Shown: positions 9,109 to 20,617 of the stretch, in pieces
Layout of the letters: every line of letters begins with the position of its first letter
How positions within the stretch are numbered: the stretch's first letter is position 1
DNA from: Pirellulales bacterium
GTDB lineage: Bacteria > Planctomycetota > Planctomycetia > Pirellulales > JBGAPH01
Direction of reading: 5' to 3'
Assembly (NCBI GenBank): GCA_044221365.1
Contig: JBGAPH010000017.1
Coordinates: 31,491 to 95,490, forward strand
DNA length: 64,000 nt
Notes under the pieces: model-generated
The model's database searches: none
Told to the model about the DNA's origin: nothing
The model's input: only the letters and a program-made list of their open reading frames with translations
Program-made: the position numbers and the translations under genes

Positions 9109-10107
9109 TTAGTTTCCCGCGGCCACGCTGACGGCGTTCCCGTCTTCACGATTGGCCAAATAGCCATGCACGATCGGGTCGATCGAGTACGAGATCGATT
9201 GTACCGAACCGTCGCACATCGCCGCCTGAAACCGACCTACGTGGGCGCTGCCGAAGTTGGAGTAGTTCTGCAATCCGGGCCGATCCTGCATCGGGGCCAA
9301 TTCCGCGTTCGCCCAACGATTCACGTCCCAGTCGTGCCCCTGATACATGCTCGTGTTGTCGGCCCCGTCTTCGCCCGTTTCGTAGTGCTCGACCTGCAGG
9401 TACTTCTCGGCGGCGAAGTAGGTGTTGGTCGTGCCGTCGGTCACTTCGGCGATCCGGACTTCGCTGATCAAGTGCGAGATGCCGGTCTGCTGGGCCCGCC
9501 AGGAAGGCCAGCCCGACCAGTTCGGGTCTTGTCCCTGGGCGACGGTTTGCGGGCCTTCGAACGTTTGGACGATCGTGCCGGAGTTGGCTGCGTAGTCGGT
9601 GCGGGCATGGCGATCGACGACCACCGCGTTGAGCGAATGGTTGGTGATTTGCACCGCAAAGGCCACGGAGCGGCGGCGCGTGGGGCAATTGAAGAACGAA
9701 ATCGGCGTCTTACAGACTTGCCCCGCCAACTGCTTCTTGTTGTTGGCCGTGTCTCCCTTGCCCAGATCGTGCAAGGCTTGCTGCTCGACGAAGGGCAAGA
9801 GGTTGTACACCCAACCGGCGGGCTGGCTATGCCCGAACCCGCGGTCGGGATCGCCCACCCACTCCCAGCCCCAACCGCTCGAGGGAAAGTGCTTTTGGGA
9901 GTGCTCGTGGACCATCGCCCCGAGCCCAAGCTGCTTGAGATTGTTGGTGCACTGCGTTCGCCGCGCCGCCTCGCGCGCAGCCTGAACCGCAGGGAGCAAC
10001 AGCGCGATGAGGATTCCGATGATCGCGATCACCACCAACAACTCGACCAACGTGAACGCACAGCGTTCGGCCGGGGCGCAACGAGACCCCGAGCGGCTCT
10101 TAGGCAT
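9109..10107 (-). CDS. DUF1559 / prepilin-type N-terminal methylation-motif protein with HX9DG C-terminus
   Basis: ATG at 10107 ([59 protein letters not shown]), and C-terminal [21 protein letters not shown]. The upstream part of track ORF 9109..10518 looks non-coding. Confidence 0.85.
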   Translation of the reverse strand: MPKSRSGSRCAPAERCAFTLVELLVVIAIIGILIALLLPAVQAAREAARRTQCTNNLKQLGLGAMVHEHSQKHFPSSGWGWEWVGDPDRGFGHSQPAGWVYNLLPFVEQQALHDLGKGDTANNKKQLAGQVCKTPISFFNCPTRRRSVAFAVQITNHSLNAVVVDRHARTDYAANSGTIVQTFEGPQTVAQGQDPNWSGWPSWRAQQTGISHLISEVRIAEVTDGTTNTYFAAEKYLQVEHYETGEDGADNTSMYQGHDWDVNRWANAELAPMQDRPGLQNYSNFGSAHVGRFQAAMCDGSVQSISYSIDPIVHGYLANREDGNAVSVAAGN

Positions 10108-10501
10108 ACAGCACGCCTGGGAAAGGACTGATGAAGTTGACCGACGAAGCGAAGTGAGGGGGCTGTTCCGTGCGCTTCGCGGGCATCTGGTGGGGAGGGG
10201 GTTGGTTCGTACCAATATTACCAGCGGTAGCGCGCCCCGCAACCCTCCGCCCGAAAAAATCGGGGGCCGTGCGTTTGGGCTCAGCGACCGGGAACGAAGC
10301 CGGCGGACGGGCAAGAACCACGCGGTTGGCAGCTTACCTATCTTGCGTCGGCCACTAAAATACGGGCTAAATCCGCTCTTCGCCCATTTACTTCCCTTGA
10401 CGTGGCGCGCGGCCAAACGGTATCCCCTTCCTGCGCGATTGCCGCGCTGCTGTTCAGCAGAACCTTGTTCGCGGGAGGGCGAGGAACTTGGGCGCTGGAT
10501 C

Positions 10502-10936
10502 ATGGATGGAAGCACCATATTGCCGCGAACGTGCGCTCTGACCTGGCTCGTTGTGCTCGGCCTGGCTCACGAAGGACGCGCCGACACTTGGCCGCAGGTC
10601 GCCTGGCGCCGCGCGGCCAGCTTCGCCACCGCAGCGGAAGACCAGGGGGCGGAAGCCGAACAGGTGCTGCGGCCAGGGATGACGCAGGACGAGGCCCTCA
10701 AGGCGCTCGATGGCAAGATCGCGTGGAGTTTCGGAACCAGTTTGCTGGACATCCATCATTCGGTCCGAAGCCGGCGATTCCGGAAAACTGAGATCTGGTT
10801 GACCTTTCGCTGGCACGATGACCCGAACAAACCTGCTGCACCTACAGGGATCGACGAGGCCGCCGAGGCCAACGACGAAGCGTTTCGCGGTAGCTATGAC
10901 AGTCTCGAATCCTGGACCGTTCGGAAACGCGAATAG
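10502..10936 (+). CDS. Hypothetical secreted protein
   Basis: ATG at 10502 gives MDGSTILPRTCALTWLVVLGLAHEGRA, which is signal-peptide-like. I recognise no family. Only the 3' third of track ORF 10007..10936 is plausible. Confidence 0.5.
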   Translation: MDGSTILPRTCALTWLVVLGLAHEGRADTWPQVAWRRAASFATAAEDQGAEAEQVLRPGMTQDEALKALDGKIAWSFGTSLLDIHHSVRSRRFRKTEIWLTFRWHDDPNKPAAPTGIDEAAEANDEAFRGSYDSLESWTVRKRE

Positions 10937-11038
10937 TCGACATGCGACCCGACGAGACCAGCGTCGCGCAATAACGGCCTGAACCAATGCGAGAAGCGCT
11001 CACGCCCTTCTCGCTCGAACGCACGGAGGCGTTTTTCG

Positions 11039-12611
<1,573 letters not shown>

Positions 12612-12619
<8 letters not shown>

Positions 12620-13409
12620 CGCCCAACTGCTCACCCCCATGCGCGCCGGTCAGCGGCCCGAATTCCACCGCCCGGAGCCGAACATTTACGAGACGCTCGT
12701 CCCCGCCCTGCCGACGCAGCTTCACTTGGCCGCGCACGGCGTGACCAAGAGCTACGTCAAGGCGCAGGTCGTCATCCCGGTCTTGCGCGGCGTCGACTTG
12801 CAGGTGCGCCGCGGCGAGTTCGTGGCCATCATCGGCCAGAGCGGCTCGGGCAAGAGCACGCTGCTGCACGTGCTGGCGACCCTGGACCGCCCCGACTCGG
12901 GGGAGATCCACTTCGACGGCCACCGCATCGACAACGTGCCGGCCGCCGGCCGCGACACGCTCCGCAACAAGTACCTGGGCATGATCTTCCAGTTCTATCA
13001 CCTGCTCCCCGAGCTCACGACGCTCGAGAACGTGCTGATGCCGACGATGATCGCCAGTTCGGCCTGGAAGTTCCTGCTCAACAAGGGCCGGCACCACCAA
13101 ACCGCCCGGGAGATGCTGGAAATGGTGGGGCTGGGGCATCGGTTGAAGCACAAGCCGCGGGAGCTTTCGGGCGGCGAAATGCAGCGGGCGGCGATCGCCC
13201 GGGCGCTCATCGCCCAGCCCGAGGTGCTGCTGGCCGACGAGCCGACGGGCAATCTCGATCGCGAAACCGGCGAGGAGATCATGAGCCTGCTGCGGCGGCT
13301 GAACCGCGAGCGGGGGCTGACGCTGGTGATGGTCACCCACGACGACGCCGTGGCGGGCCAGGCCGACCGGATCGTGCGGCTGGTCGAGGGGCAGGTGGTG
13401 GCGGCTTAG
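12612..13409 (+). CDS. LolD-like ABC transporter ATP-binding protein
   Basis: Walker [10 protein letters not shown], signature [15 protein letters not shown], Walker [13 protein letters not shown]. Overlaps the permease gene by 8 nt. Confidence 0.9.
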
Positions 13410-13542
13410 GCCGCTTGGCCTTGTTGCTGCAATTCCCCCCCGGCGACTCGCCGGGGGTATAAGGGGGGCGATCTAGGAGAGGCCGGGCCTTTGGTTTGCG
13501 CGCTAGGAGCCCGCGCGGCCGTTTGGCCGCGCGCCCTCGCAA

Positions 13543-13571
13543 TTGCCGGGGCCGACGTAGGTTCCTATAAT
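13543..13571 (+). promoter_or_regulatory. Candidate sigma-70 promoter of rpsA
   Basis: TTGCCG (13543-13548), a 17-nt spacer, then a perfect TATAAT (13566-13571). This leaves a roughly 150-nt leader containing the hairpin GCTTCAGAGGTCTGAAGC. Confidence 0.5.
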
Positions 13572-13728
13572 CCCTGATTCGTCTCGATCGGCCCGCGGTA
13601 CAGCTTCAGAGGTCTGAAGCGGGGCACGTGTTTTCGAGACTGTGGGATCCCTAGGTCAGCCGCAGCAATGGTTCGCGCCGCCAAGTGTGGGCGGTGCGGG
13701 TTGCGGACGGCCGCTACAGCAATACGTA

Positions 13729-15519
13729 ATGGTCAATCGGAATCTGATTCGCGGACTGGACATCGACGAAGATCAATGGGTGGCCGTGCTCGACGAGGCC
13801 ATGGCCGGCGCCGATCCAGCCGAAATCGACTGGGGCGGGCAAGACATCGCCGCCAACCAAATCGTCACCGGCAAGGTGGTGCGGGTCGACCCCGAGTTCG
13901 TGGTCGTCGACGTGGGTTACAAGAGCGAGGGCGCCATCCCCACCAATGAGTGGGAAGAAGGCGAAGAGCTCCCCGGAGTCGGCGAAGACATCAAGGTTCT
14001 GATCGAAGACGTCGAAGACCAAGGGCGCGATGACGCCCGCGGCATGTTGATCCTCTCCAAGCGCAAGGCGGAGAAGATCGAAGCCTGGCTCAAGGTGATG
14101 GAGACGGTCCACGAGAACGACGTGGTCACCGGCACCGTCACGCGGAAGATCAAGGGCGGGTTGCTGGTCGACATCGGCGTGAACGTGTTCCTGCCAGCCA
14201 GCCAGGTCGACATCCGCCGGCCGGCCGACATCGGCGACTACATCGGCCGCACGATCCAGTGCATCGTGCTCAAGATCGACGAGTCGCGGCGCAACATCGT
14301 GGTCAGCCGCCGGGCGCTCATCGAAGCCGAGCGCGCCGAGAAGAAGACCCAACTGCTCACCACGCTGGAAATCGGCCAGCTCCGCAAGGGCGTGGTTAAG
14401 AACATCGCCGAGTTCGGCGCGTTCGTCGACCTGGGGGGCATCGACGGCCTGCTGCACATCACCGACATGAGCTGGGGCCGCATCGGCCACCCCTCGGAGA
14501 TGGTGCACATCGACGAAGAGCTCGAAGTCGTCATCCTGCACATCGATCGCGAGCGCGAGAAGATCGCCCTCGGCCTCAAGCAGAAACAGCCCAGCCCCTG
14601 GGAACAGGTGGAAGGCAAGTACCCCGTGGGCAAGGTCGTCCGCGGCACGGTGGTGAACGTCATGACCTACGGCGCCTTCGTGAAGCTCGAGGAAGGCATC
14701 GAGGGCCTGGTCCACATCAGCGAGATGTCGTGGACCAAGCGCATCAGCCACCCCAACGAGCTGGTGCACATCGACGACGAGATCGATGTGGTGGTGCTGG
14801 GCATCAACAAGGAGAAGCAAGAAATCTCCTTGGGCATGAAGCAGACCCAGCAAAACCCCTGGGACAAGGTGGCCGACCGCTACCCCCCCGGAACCGATGT
14901 CGACGGCACCGTCCGCAACCTCACCAACTACGGCGCTTTCATCGAGATCGAAGAGGGGATCGACGGCCTGCTGCACGTCAGCGACATGTCGTGGACCCGC
15001 AAGATCAGCCACCCCAGCGAACTGCTGGAAAAGGGCCAGAAGATCCGCTGCAAGGTGATTTCGGTCGACCAGCAGCGCCGCCGCATCGCCCTGGGCCTCA
15101 AGCAGCTCGACGAGGATCCCTGGGCTCGCGACATTCCGGGCAAGTACCAGCCCGGCCAGGTCGTCACCGGCACGGTCACCAAGATCACCAACTTCGGCGT
15201 GTTCGTGGGCCTGGAGGACGGCCTCGAGGGCTTACTGCACATCTCGGAGCTGGCCGACCATAAGGTCGAGAGCCCCGAAGACGTGGTCAAGCTGGGCGAC
15301 ACGATCGAGGTGAAGATCCTGCGGGTCGACACCGACGATCGCAAGATCGGCCTGTCGCGGAAGCGCGTCGACTGGAGCAGCGAGGCGGAGGCCGCGCAAC
15401 CGGCCGCCAAGCCCGACAAGCCGGCCGCCGCGGCCCGTCCGGGCTCGTCCGAGCTCAAAGGCGGCATCGGCGGAGGCTCCGGGCCGCTCTTCAAGACCGG
15501 CGGGACGTCAGAGTCCTGA
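13729..15519 (+). CDS. rpsA: 30S ribosomal protein S1
   Basis: Six S1 repeats (..GKVVRVDPEFVVVDVGYKSEGAIP.., GTVTRKIKGGLLVDIG, GVVKNIAEFGAFVDLGGIDGLLHITDMSW ..). The ATG at 13729 (MVNRNLIRGL) is preferred over the track start at 13642. Confidence 0.93.
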   Translation: MVNRNLIRGLDIDEDQWVAVLDEAMAGADPAEIDWGGQDIAANQIVTGKVVRVDPEFVVVDVGYKSEGAIPTNEWEEGEELPGVGEDIKVLIEDVEDQGRDDARGMLILSKRKAEKIEAWLKVMETVHENDVVTGTVTRKIKGGLLVDIGVNVFLPASQVDIRRPADIGDYIGRTIQCIVLKIDESRRNIVVSRRALIEAERAEKKTQLLTTLEIGQLRKGVVKNIAEFGAFVDLGGIDGLLHITDMSWGRIGHPSEMVHIDEELEVVILHIDREREKIALGLKQKQPSPWEQVEGKYPVGKVVRGTVVNVMTYGAFVKLEEGIEGLVHISEMSWTKRISHPNELVHIDDEIDVVVLGINKEKQEISLGMKQTQQNPWDKVADRYPPGTDVDGTVRNLTNYGAFIEIEEGIDGLLHVSDMSWTRKISHPSELLEKGQKIRCKVISVDQQRRRIALGLKQLDEDPWARDIPGKYQPGQVVTGTVTKITNFGVFVGLEDGLEGLLHISELADHKVESPEDVVKLGDTIEVKILRVDTDDRKIGLSRKRVDWSSEAEAAQPAAKPDKPAAAARPGSSELKGGIGGGSGPLFKTGGTSES

Positions 15520-15571
15520 TAATCGGTCTTCCCCGATCACTCGGGGAGTGCCCGCAACGATCCGAACACTC

Positions 15572-15608
15572 GGCCCCGCCGGCCTTAGCCGGCGGGGCCG
15601 TTTTGTTT
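15572..15608 (+). terminator. Rho-independent terminator of rpsA
   Basis: A 12-bp stem (GGCCCCGCCGGC CTTA GCCGGCGGGGCC) followed by GTTTTGTTT. Confidence 0.75.
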
Positions 15609-15738
15609 CCTATCATGCGACGGGAAGGCACATTCGGCCCACCATGTCGCGGGAGTCCGCGCGGTGGAGAAACGCCCCTTTGGCGTCGATGTTGAGTTTG
15701 TCTCACTTGACTTTCCATCGCCGCTGATCTTTGCCGCC

Positions 15739-16578
15739 ATGCCATCTCCCCGCCGACGCACCCTTGCCAGCGTGCAAACACCGCTGGAAACCTATCTCCG
15801 CGAGATCAACGAAACCGCGTTGCTCACGGCCGACGACGAGCAGCAACTGGCCGTCCGCATCGGCCAGGGGGATTCGCAGGCCCGCGACCGGATGGTGCGG
15901 GCCAACCTGCGGCTGGTGGTCAACATCGCCCGCGGCTACACCGGCAAAGGACTGGGGCTGCAAGACCTGATCGAAGAGGGCAACTTGGGGCTGCTGCGGG
16001 CCGTCGAAGGGTTCGACCCGGCGATGGGCACCCGCTTCAGCACCTACGCCAGCTACTGGATCAAGCAGTCGATCAAGCGGGCCCTGATCAACACCGCCAA
16101 GACGATCCGCATCCCCGCCTACATGGTCGAGCTGCTCTCAAAGTGGCGGCGGGCCTCGGCTCGGCTCACCGAAGAGCTCGGCCGCACGCCGACGCCCGAA
16201 GAGGTGGCCCGCGTGCTGGGCCTGCCCAGCAAGAAGCTGCCGATCATCAAGAAGGCGATCCGCATCTACAACTCGACCCCGCAGACCGACCAGGCCGAGG
16301 CCGGCTGGTCGCTGGGCGAGATGGTGACCGACGAGCGGGCCAAGAACCCCGAAGACGAGATGCTCGAAGGGGACATTTTGGCTCAGGTGCTCGGTTTGCT
16401 CGAGAACATGGAGCCCCGCGAGGCGACCGTGCTGCGAATGCGGTTCGGCCTCGACGACCACGAGCCCCGCACGCTCAAGGAAATCGGCGAGTCGCTCGGC
16501 CTGACGCGCGAGCGCGTCCGCCAGATCGAAACCGAAGCCCTCGGCAAACTGGCCGGGCATCTGCAATACGCCGGCTAA
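15739..16578 (+). CDS. Sigma-70 family RNA polymerase sigma factor (short RpoD/RpoS-like, regions 1.2-4)
   Basis: [111 protein letters not shown] at 15739. Confidence 0.85.
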   Translation: MPSPRRRTLASVQTPLETYLREINETALLTADDEQQLAVRIGQGDSQARDRMVRANLRLVVNIARGYTGKGLGLQDLIEEGNLGLLRAVEGFDPAMGTRFSTYASYWIKQSIKRALINTAKTIRIPAYMVELLSKWRRASARLTEELGRTPTPEEVARVLGLPSKKLPIIKKAIRIYNSTPQTDQAEAGWSLGEMVTDERAKNPEDEMLEGDILAQVLGLLENMEPREATVLRMRFGLDDHEPRTLKEIGESLGLTRERVRQIETEALGKLAGHLQYAG

Positions 16579-16635
16579 GGTCTCCCTCGCCCCCTGGGCC
16601 CGCAGGAGCCCGCGGGAGAGGGCCATCAGCACATT

Positions 16636-16674
16636 CTCCCTCTCCCCGTGGGAGAGGGCAGGGGTGAGGGTCGG
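16636..16674 (+). repeat. REP-like palindromic element, family A (CCCTCTCCC..GGGAGAGGG..GGGTGAGGGTCGG)
   Basis: CTCCCTCTCCCCGTGGGAGAGGGCAGGGGTGAGGGTCGG. Near-identical copies occur at 36157 and, inverted, at 36350. Confidence 0.65.
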
Positions 16675-16772
16675 CTGGGTCTTGTACGCGTCGAGGGCAA
16701 GCGCAGCGCTCCGCGCGGTCCATCGCCGGCTTACGGCCGGGCCGCTCGCCAGGAACGCTCTCGGCGCTGCTG

Positions 16773-17426
16773 CTACTTCACGAGTTCCAGCGTGCCCCAC
16801 AGGCTGGGGTCTTCGCGATAGGGGAATTCGCCGCCGACCGTAAAGGTCTGCTCTCCCAGCTCCCGGTCCGCCAGGAGATAGGTGAAGCCCAGCCGCGGGT
16901 TGTCGACCGGGTCGAAGCCGGTCAGCGCGCCGGCCGCAATGAGGGCCCGCAGCACGTAGCCGTCGACCCGCTTCTCGGCTTGCGCCTTGAGCGCCGCCGA
17001 TTTGGCCGGCTTGGCGTTTTCGCGGGCACGGTTGATCAGCATTTGCTCGGCGACGGCGTCGTCCAGCTTGCGCCCCGCGCCCGCCGGCAGGAACACGAAG
17101 CGGTGGCAGAAGCGGCTGGCCCGATGGATGTTGTGGGTGTCGCGAGTGTCGATCCAGATCTGCAGACCATCGCTGTCGTCGATCCGCGAGTCCCGGCACC
17201 AGGGGGCCGCCCGCTTGCCGAACACCCGCACGCTAAACACGAGCCCCTCTTCGTTCCAGCCGGCCCGCACGTCGGCAACGGGCTTGCGTCCCTCGAGCTC
17301 GCCGAGAAAGGGCAACTGGAACCGCTCCGGCAGTTCGAGATCCTTGCCGAGCGTGCCGGCGGTGGCTTCGAGGCAGGGAACCGAGAAACGAAAGGCCGCG
17401 CGGGCCGGAATTAGCGAATCGGGCAT
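16773..17426 (-). CDS. Hypothetical protein, CBM9/DOMON-like fold suspected; no signal peptide
   Basis: ADVRAGWNEEGLVFSVRVFG.., DSDGLQIWIDTRDT, VDGYVLRALIAAGALTGFDP..RLGFTYLLADRE.., EDPSLWGTLELVK. The pattern resembles family-9 carbohydrate-binding-like domains. The assignment is tentative. Confidence 0.55.
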   Translation of the reverse strand: MPDSLIPARAAFRFSVPCLEATAGTLGKDLELPERFQLPFLGELEGRKPVADVRAGWNEEGLVFSVRVFGKRAAPWCRDSRIDDSDGLQIWIDTRDTHNIHRASRFCHRFVFLPAGAGRKLDDAVAEQMLINRARENAKPAKSAALKAQAEKRVDGYVLRALIAAGALTGFDPVDNPRLGFTYLLADRELGEQTFTVGGEFPYREDPSLWGTLELVK

Positions 17427-17513
17427 CGAGAGGTCGCTCGGTGAACTGGAGACCCAAACGGCGGGGGCAAAACCCCGCCGCTCGCAAGAAGAGGGGAGCG
17501 GTGGGCCGGTGAC

Positions 17514-18521
17514 CTAGGTCTTGCTCGCCGGCGTCGATTGGCCGTTGCCGTCCGCTGCGTGCAGATGCCCCTGGCGGAAGGCATCCGCCATGGCCAGCGG
17601 CACTTCGGCCTCAGCCAGCACCAGCCGCGAGCGGTTCTCCGACACTTTGGCCTTCATCTCCTGCTCGCGGGCAATGGCGATCGCCCGCCGTTCTTCGGCC
17701 CGGGCGCGGGCGACGCGCGTATCGGCTTCGGCCTGGTCAGCCTGCAGGCGGGCGCCAAGGTTTTCTCCCACGTCGATGTCGGCGATGTCGATAGACACGA
17801 TCTCGAAGGCCGTGTGGGCGTCGAGTCCACGATGGAGCACCGCTTTGGAAATGCGGTCGGGATTCTCCATGACCACCAGGTGGCTATCGGAGGAGCCGAT
17901 CGCCGTGATGATGCCTTCGCCGACGCGGGCGATGATGGTGTCTTCGGTGGCCCCGCCAATGAGCTGGGACAGATTCGTCCGCACGGTTACGCGGGCCCGC
18001 ACGCGCAGTTCGACGCCGTTCTTGGCGATGGCGCTCAGGAAGGTTTTCTTGGCGGTCTTAGCGTCCGGGCAATCGATGACCTTGGGATACACGCTCGTGC
18101 GCACCGCATCGAACACGTCGCGGCCGGCCAGGTCGATGGCCGCCGCGCGGTCGAAATCGAGGTCGATGTCGGCCCGGTGGGCCGCGATGATCGCGTTGAT
18201 CACGCCCGGCACGTTGCCGCCGGCCAGATAGTGCGCCTCGAGCCGCTTGGTGGTGATGCCCGTCCGCGGGTCGGTGCCGATCCCCGCCTGCATCGCCTGG
18301 ATCTTCGTGTTCACAATGGTGCGGGCATCGACCTGCCGCAGAGTCATGCCGATCAAGCTCCACATGCTGACGCGCGCGTCAGACATATAGGCCTGGAACC
18401 AAAGCTTGCCCCAGATCAACACGACGACCAGCGCCACGAACAGCAGCAGCAGCACGAGCGCGCCGCCGAACAGATATTCGAGGCCGGGGGCCTGGGCCAG
18501 CAATAACTGGGACGCGGTCAT
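17514..18521 (-). CDS. floA: Flotillin-like protein FloA (YqfA/UPF0365 family)
   Basis: Close full-length resemblance to Bacillus FloA: [109 protein letters not shown]. Confidence 0.9.
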   Translation of the reverse strand: MTASQLLLAQAPGLEYLFGGALVLLLLFVALVVVLIWGKLWFQAYMSDARVSMWSLIGMTLRQVDARTIVNTKIQAMQAGIGTDPRTGITTKRLEAHYLAGGNVPGVINAIIAAHRADIDLDFDRAAAIDLAGRDVFDAVRTSVYPKVIDCPDAKTAKKTFLSAIAKNGVELRVRARVTVRTNLSQLIGGATEDTIIARVGEGIITAIGSSDSHLVVMENPDRISKAVLHRGLDAHTAFEIVSIDIADIDVGENLGARLQADQAEADTRVARARAEERRAIAIAREQEMKAKVSENRSRLVLAEAEVPLAMADAFRQGHLHAADGNGQSTPASKT

Positions 18522-18678
18522 ACGCTACGGGTTTCCGGCGGGGGAGCAGACGGCTGGAGCCGGGCAGCGGACGCCCGGCGTACCTCGCCAGAATACCGCG
18601 CTGTCGCCGCCGCAACTAGCCGCGCGGCCAAGCCGCGGCCGGGAGGTCGGGAATCCCAAGGCGAGGCGCAGAGGCCGT

Positions 18679-18930
18679 TTAGTAGCGTTGGGGCGCGGCA
18701 GCCGCCGGTTGAGTGCTGGCCTCGACGACCTCGGGCGGGGCGCTCGGGGGCAAGCCGACCGAGTTGTCGGCCGTCATCACCGAGCCGGCTCGGCCAACGT
18801 AGTTGGGCGATGTCACCGCGCCGCTGCGAACCGGGCCGGCATAGTCGAAAGGACTCTGGCACATCGAGCAGCAGCCCGGCACGATCCACACCAACCCGGC
18901 GGCGAGCAGCGCTTGGGCAAATCGCAGCAT
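18679..18930 (-). CDS. Small putative lipoprotein
   Basis: ATG at 18930 gives MLRFAQALLAAGLVWIVPGCCSMCQSPFDYAGP.., which has a lipobox-like VPGC. The remainder of track ORF 18679..19482 looks non-coding. Confidence 0.45.
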   Translation of the reverse strand: MLRFAQALLAAGLVWIVPGCCSMCQSPFDYAGPVRSGAVTSPNYVGRAGSVMTADNSVGLPPSAPPEVVEASTQPAAAAPQRY

Positions 18931-19378
18931 GACGAGCAAACCCCTTCTGGGATATCGAACGGCCCCGAACCAGCTTCGGCGCACGCGCGGCGCGGAAAGC
19001 GGGCCAGCTTGTAGCAAATTCGGACCGCCGTGGCCAAGAGCAATCCGAGGCAAATAAGCCGTTTCGGGCGGGTGACGCCAATCGGGGGCCCCGCTCACAG
19101 GTTTGACGCGCGGCCTAGGGAAACCTATGGATTGGCAAGGGAACGCCAGGGAAGGGGTTCCAGGCAACCCAAGGGTTGCAGCGACAGTACGGATTGAGGG
19201 GACGGACCACGGGGGGCTCAGGGCAGACAAGCCCGCCGCGGACCGCAGGCAAACCGCTCGCTTTGGGCAATTCCGAGAACGCCAAAACTTCTCGCGCCCC
19301 TTCGAGTGAACCATCGTCCGGCCGCCGTAGGACACGCGCGGCGCGGGCTCGCCACGACCACGGGCTCTGCGTTCACGC

Positions 19379-20590
19379 ATGCTGTCGATCATTGCCGCTG
19401 ACAATCCGTCTCTCGCTGCGCACCTACAGCGCACCCTCGTGCGCTGCGGCTGCGATTGCCCGCCCGGCAATGTGGTGGCCATCGAATTTGCGCCTCAATT
19501 CTTGGCCGGGCGGGAGCGCAGCGTCGATGCACTGTTCGTCGTGCTCGGAACTGACATCGAGGGGACACTCAAGATATTGCAGCTGTTGCGCGGGGCAACG
19601 CGGGCCAAGCTGGTGGCCGTGGGGCCAACGCACGATCCGCGGTTGATCCTGCGGACCGTACATAGCGGCGCCGACGACTACGTCGACGCCGAAGGCTCGC
19701 TCGACGTGGAACTGCCTGCGCTCCTCAAGCGGCTCCACTCGAATCAGAAGAGCGCAGCCGGCCCCGGTCGGCTGATCGTGGTTACGGGCGCCAGCGGCGG
19801 CAGCGGTCGCAGCCTGCTGGCGGTGAATTTGGCGGCCCTGCTGGCGCAACGCATCGGTCACTGCGGCCTTTGTGACTTTGATCTCCGCAGTGGCGATTTG
19901 GCGGCGTTGCTCAATTTGCGGCCACGGCACACGGTGGCGCATCTGTGCCGCGATCTGGCGAAGCTCGACCAGGCCATGTTCGAACGCTCGCTGCTCGACG
20001 ACCCGAGCGGCATCCGATTGTTGGCCGCGCCCGACTCGCTGGCTGAGGTGGACCAGCTCGACTTCCGCGGCGTGCCGCACCTGCTCAAGCTGGCGCGGCA
20101 GACTCTGCCTTACGTGGTGGTCGACGTCGAGCACTACCTGCGGAAAGAATCACTGCAGACGATGCAGTTGGCCGACGCGGTGCTCGTGGTGCTGCGGCTC
20201 GACTTCGTGTCGCTCCGCGACACACGGCGCTTGCTCGAGGCGATGCTCGAGTTCGGCATCTCGGCCGATTCCATTCAGCTCGTAGCCAACCGCTGCGACG
20301 TGACCCACGACCTCTCGACCGTCAAGGCTCAGGCGGCGCTGGGCCGACCGCTGCGGCATGTGCTGCCCGACGATCCGCAGGCGGCGCTGGTGTCGTTCAA
20401 CACGGGCCGGCCCGCGGCGCTCGATTCGAGCAACAGCCGCCTGGCCAAGGCCTTGGTCAAGCTGACCGACGACGTGCTCACGCAGTTCCCGCCCGCGGGA
20501 GGATGGGCCGCCGCGGCGCCCGAGGCGGCCGCCGCCCGCGCCGGCGCCTTGGCCAGCTTCGCCAATCGCATCAGGGCGGCGCTCACCTAA
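19379..20590 (+). CDS. cpaE: CpaE/TadZ-like pilus assembly ATPase (receiver-like N-domain + ParA/MinD-like domain)
   Basis: Deviant Walker A in IVVTGASGGSGRSLLAVNLAALLA. The context immediately upstream of cpaF supports the call. Confidence 0.78.
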   Translation: MLSIIAADNPSLAAHLQRTLVRCGCDCPPGNVVAIEFAPQFLAGRERSVDALFVVLGTDIEGTLKILQLLRGATRAKLVAVGPTHDPRLILRTVHSGADDYVDAEGSLDVELPALLKRLHSNQKSAAGPGRLIVVTGASGGSGRSLLAVNLAALLAQRIGHCGLCDFDLRSGDLAALLNLRPRHTVAHLCRDLAKLDQAMFERSLLDDPSGIRLLAAPDSLAEVDQLDFRGVPHLLKLARQTLPYVVVDVEHYLRKESLQTMQLADAVLVVLRLDFVSLRDTRRLLEAMLEFGISADSIQLVANRCDVTHDLSTVKAQAALGRPLRHVLPDDPQAALVSFNTGRPAALDSSNSRLAKALVKLTDDVLTQFPPAGGWAAAAPEAAAARAGALASFANRIRAALT

Positions 20591-20617
20591 TCGCTGGCAA
20601 CTCCCGAGGCCGATCCA

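Noticed and set aside
19083-19378. Flp pilin gene immediately upstream of cpaE
   Set aside because: No short ORF with a hydrophobic Flp-type segment (G/xxxxEY..) can be read in either the 19083-19378 or the 26267-26430 spacer.
18679-19482. Full 267-aa ORF, and the long N-terminal extensions of ORFs 10007..10936, 9109..10518, 33850..35154 and 55108..56934
   Set aside because: The upstream portions lack protein-like composition. Internal ATGs give proper signal peptides, prepilin leaders or family-typical N-termini, so I used the shorter gene models.
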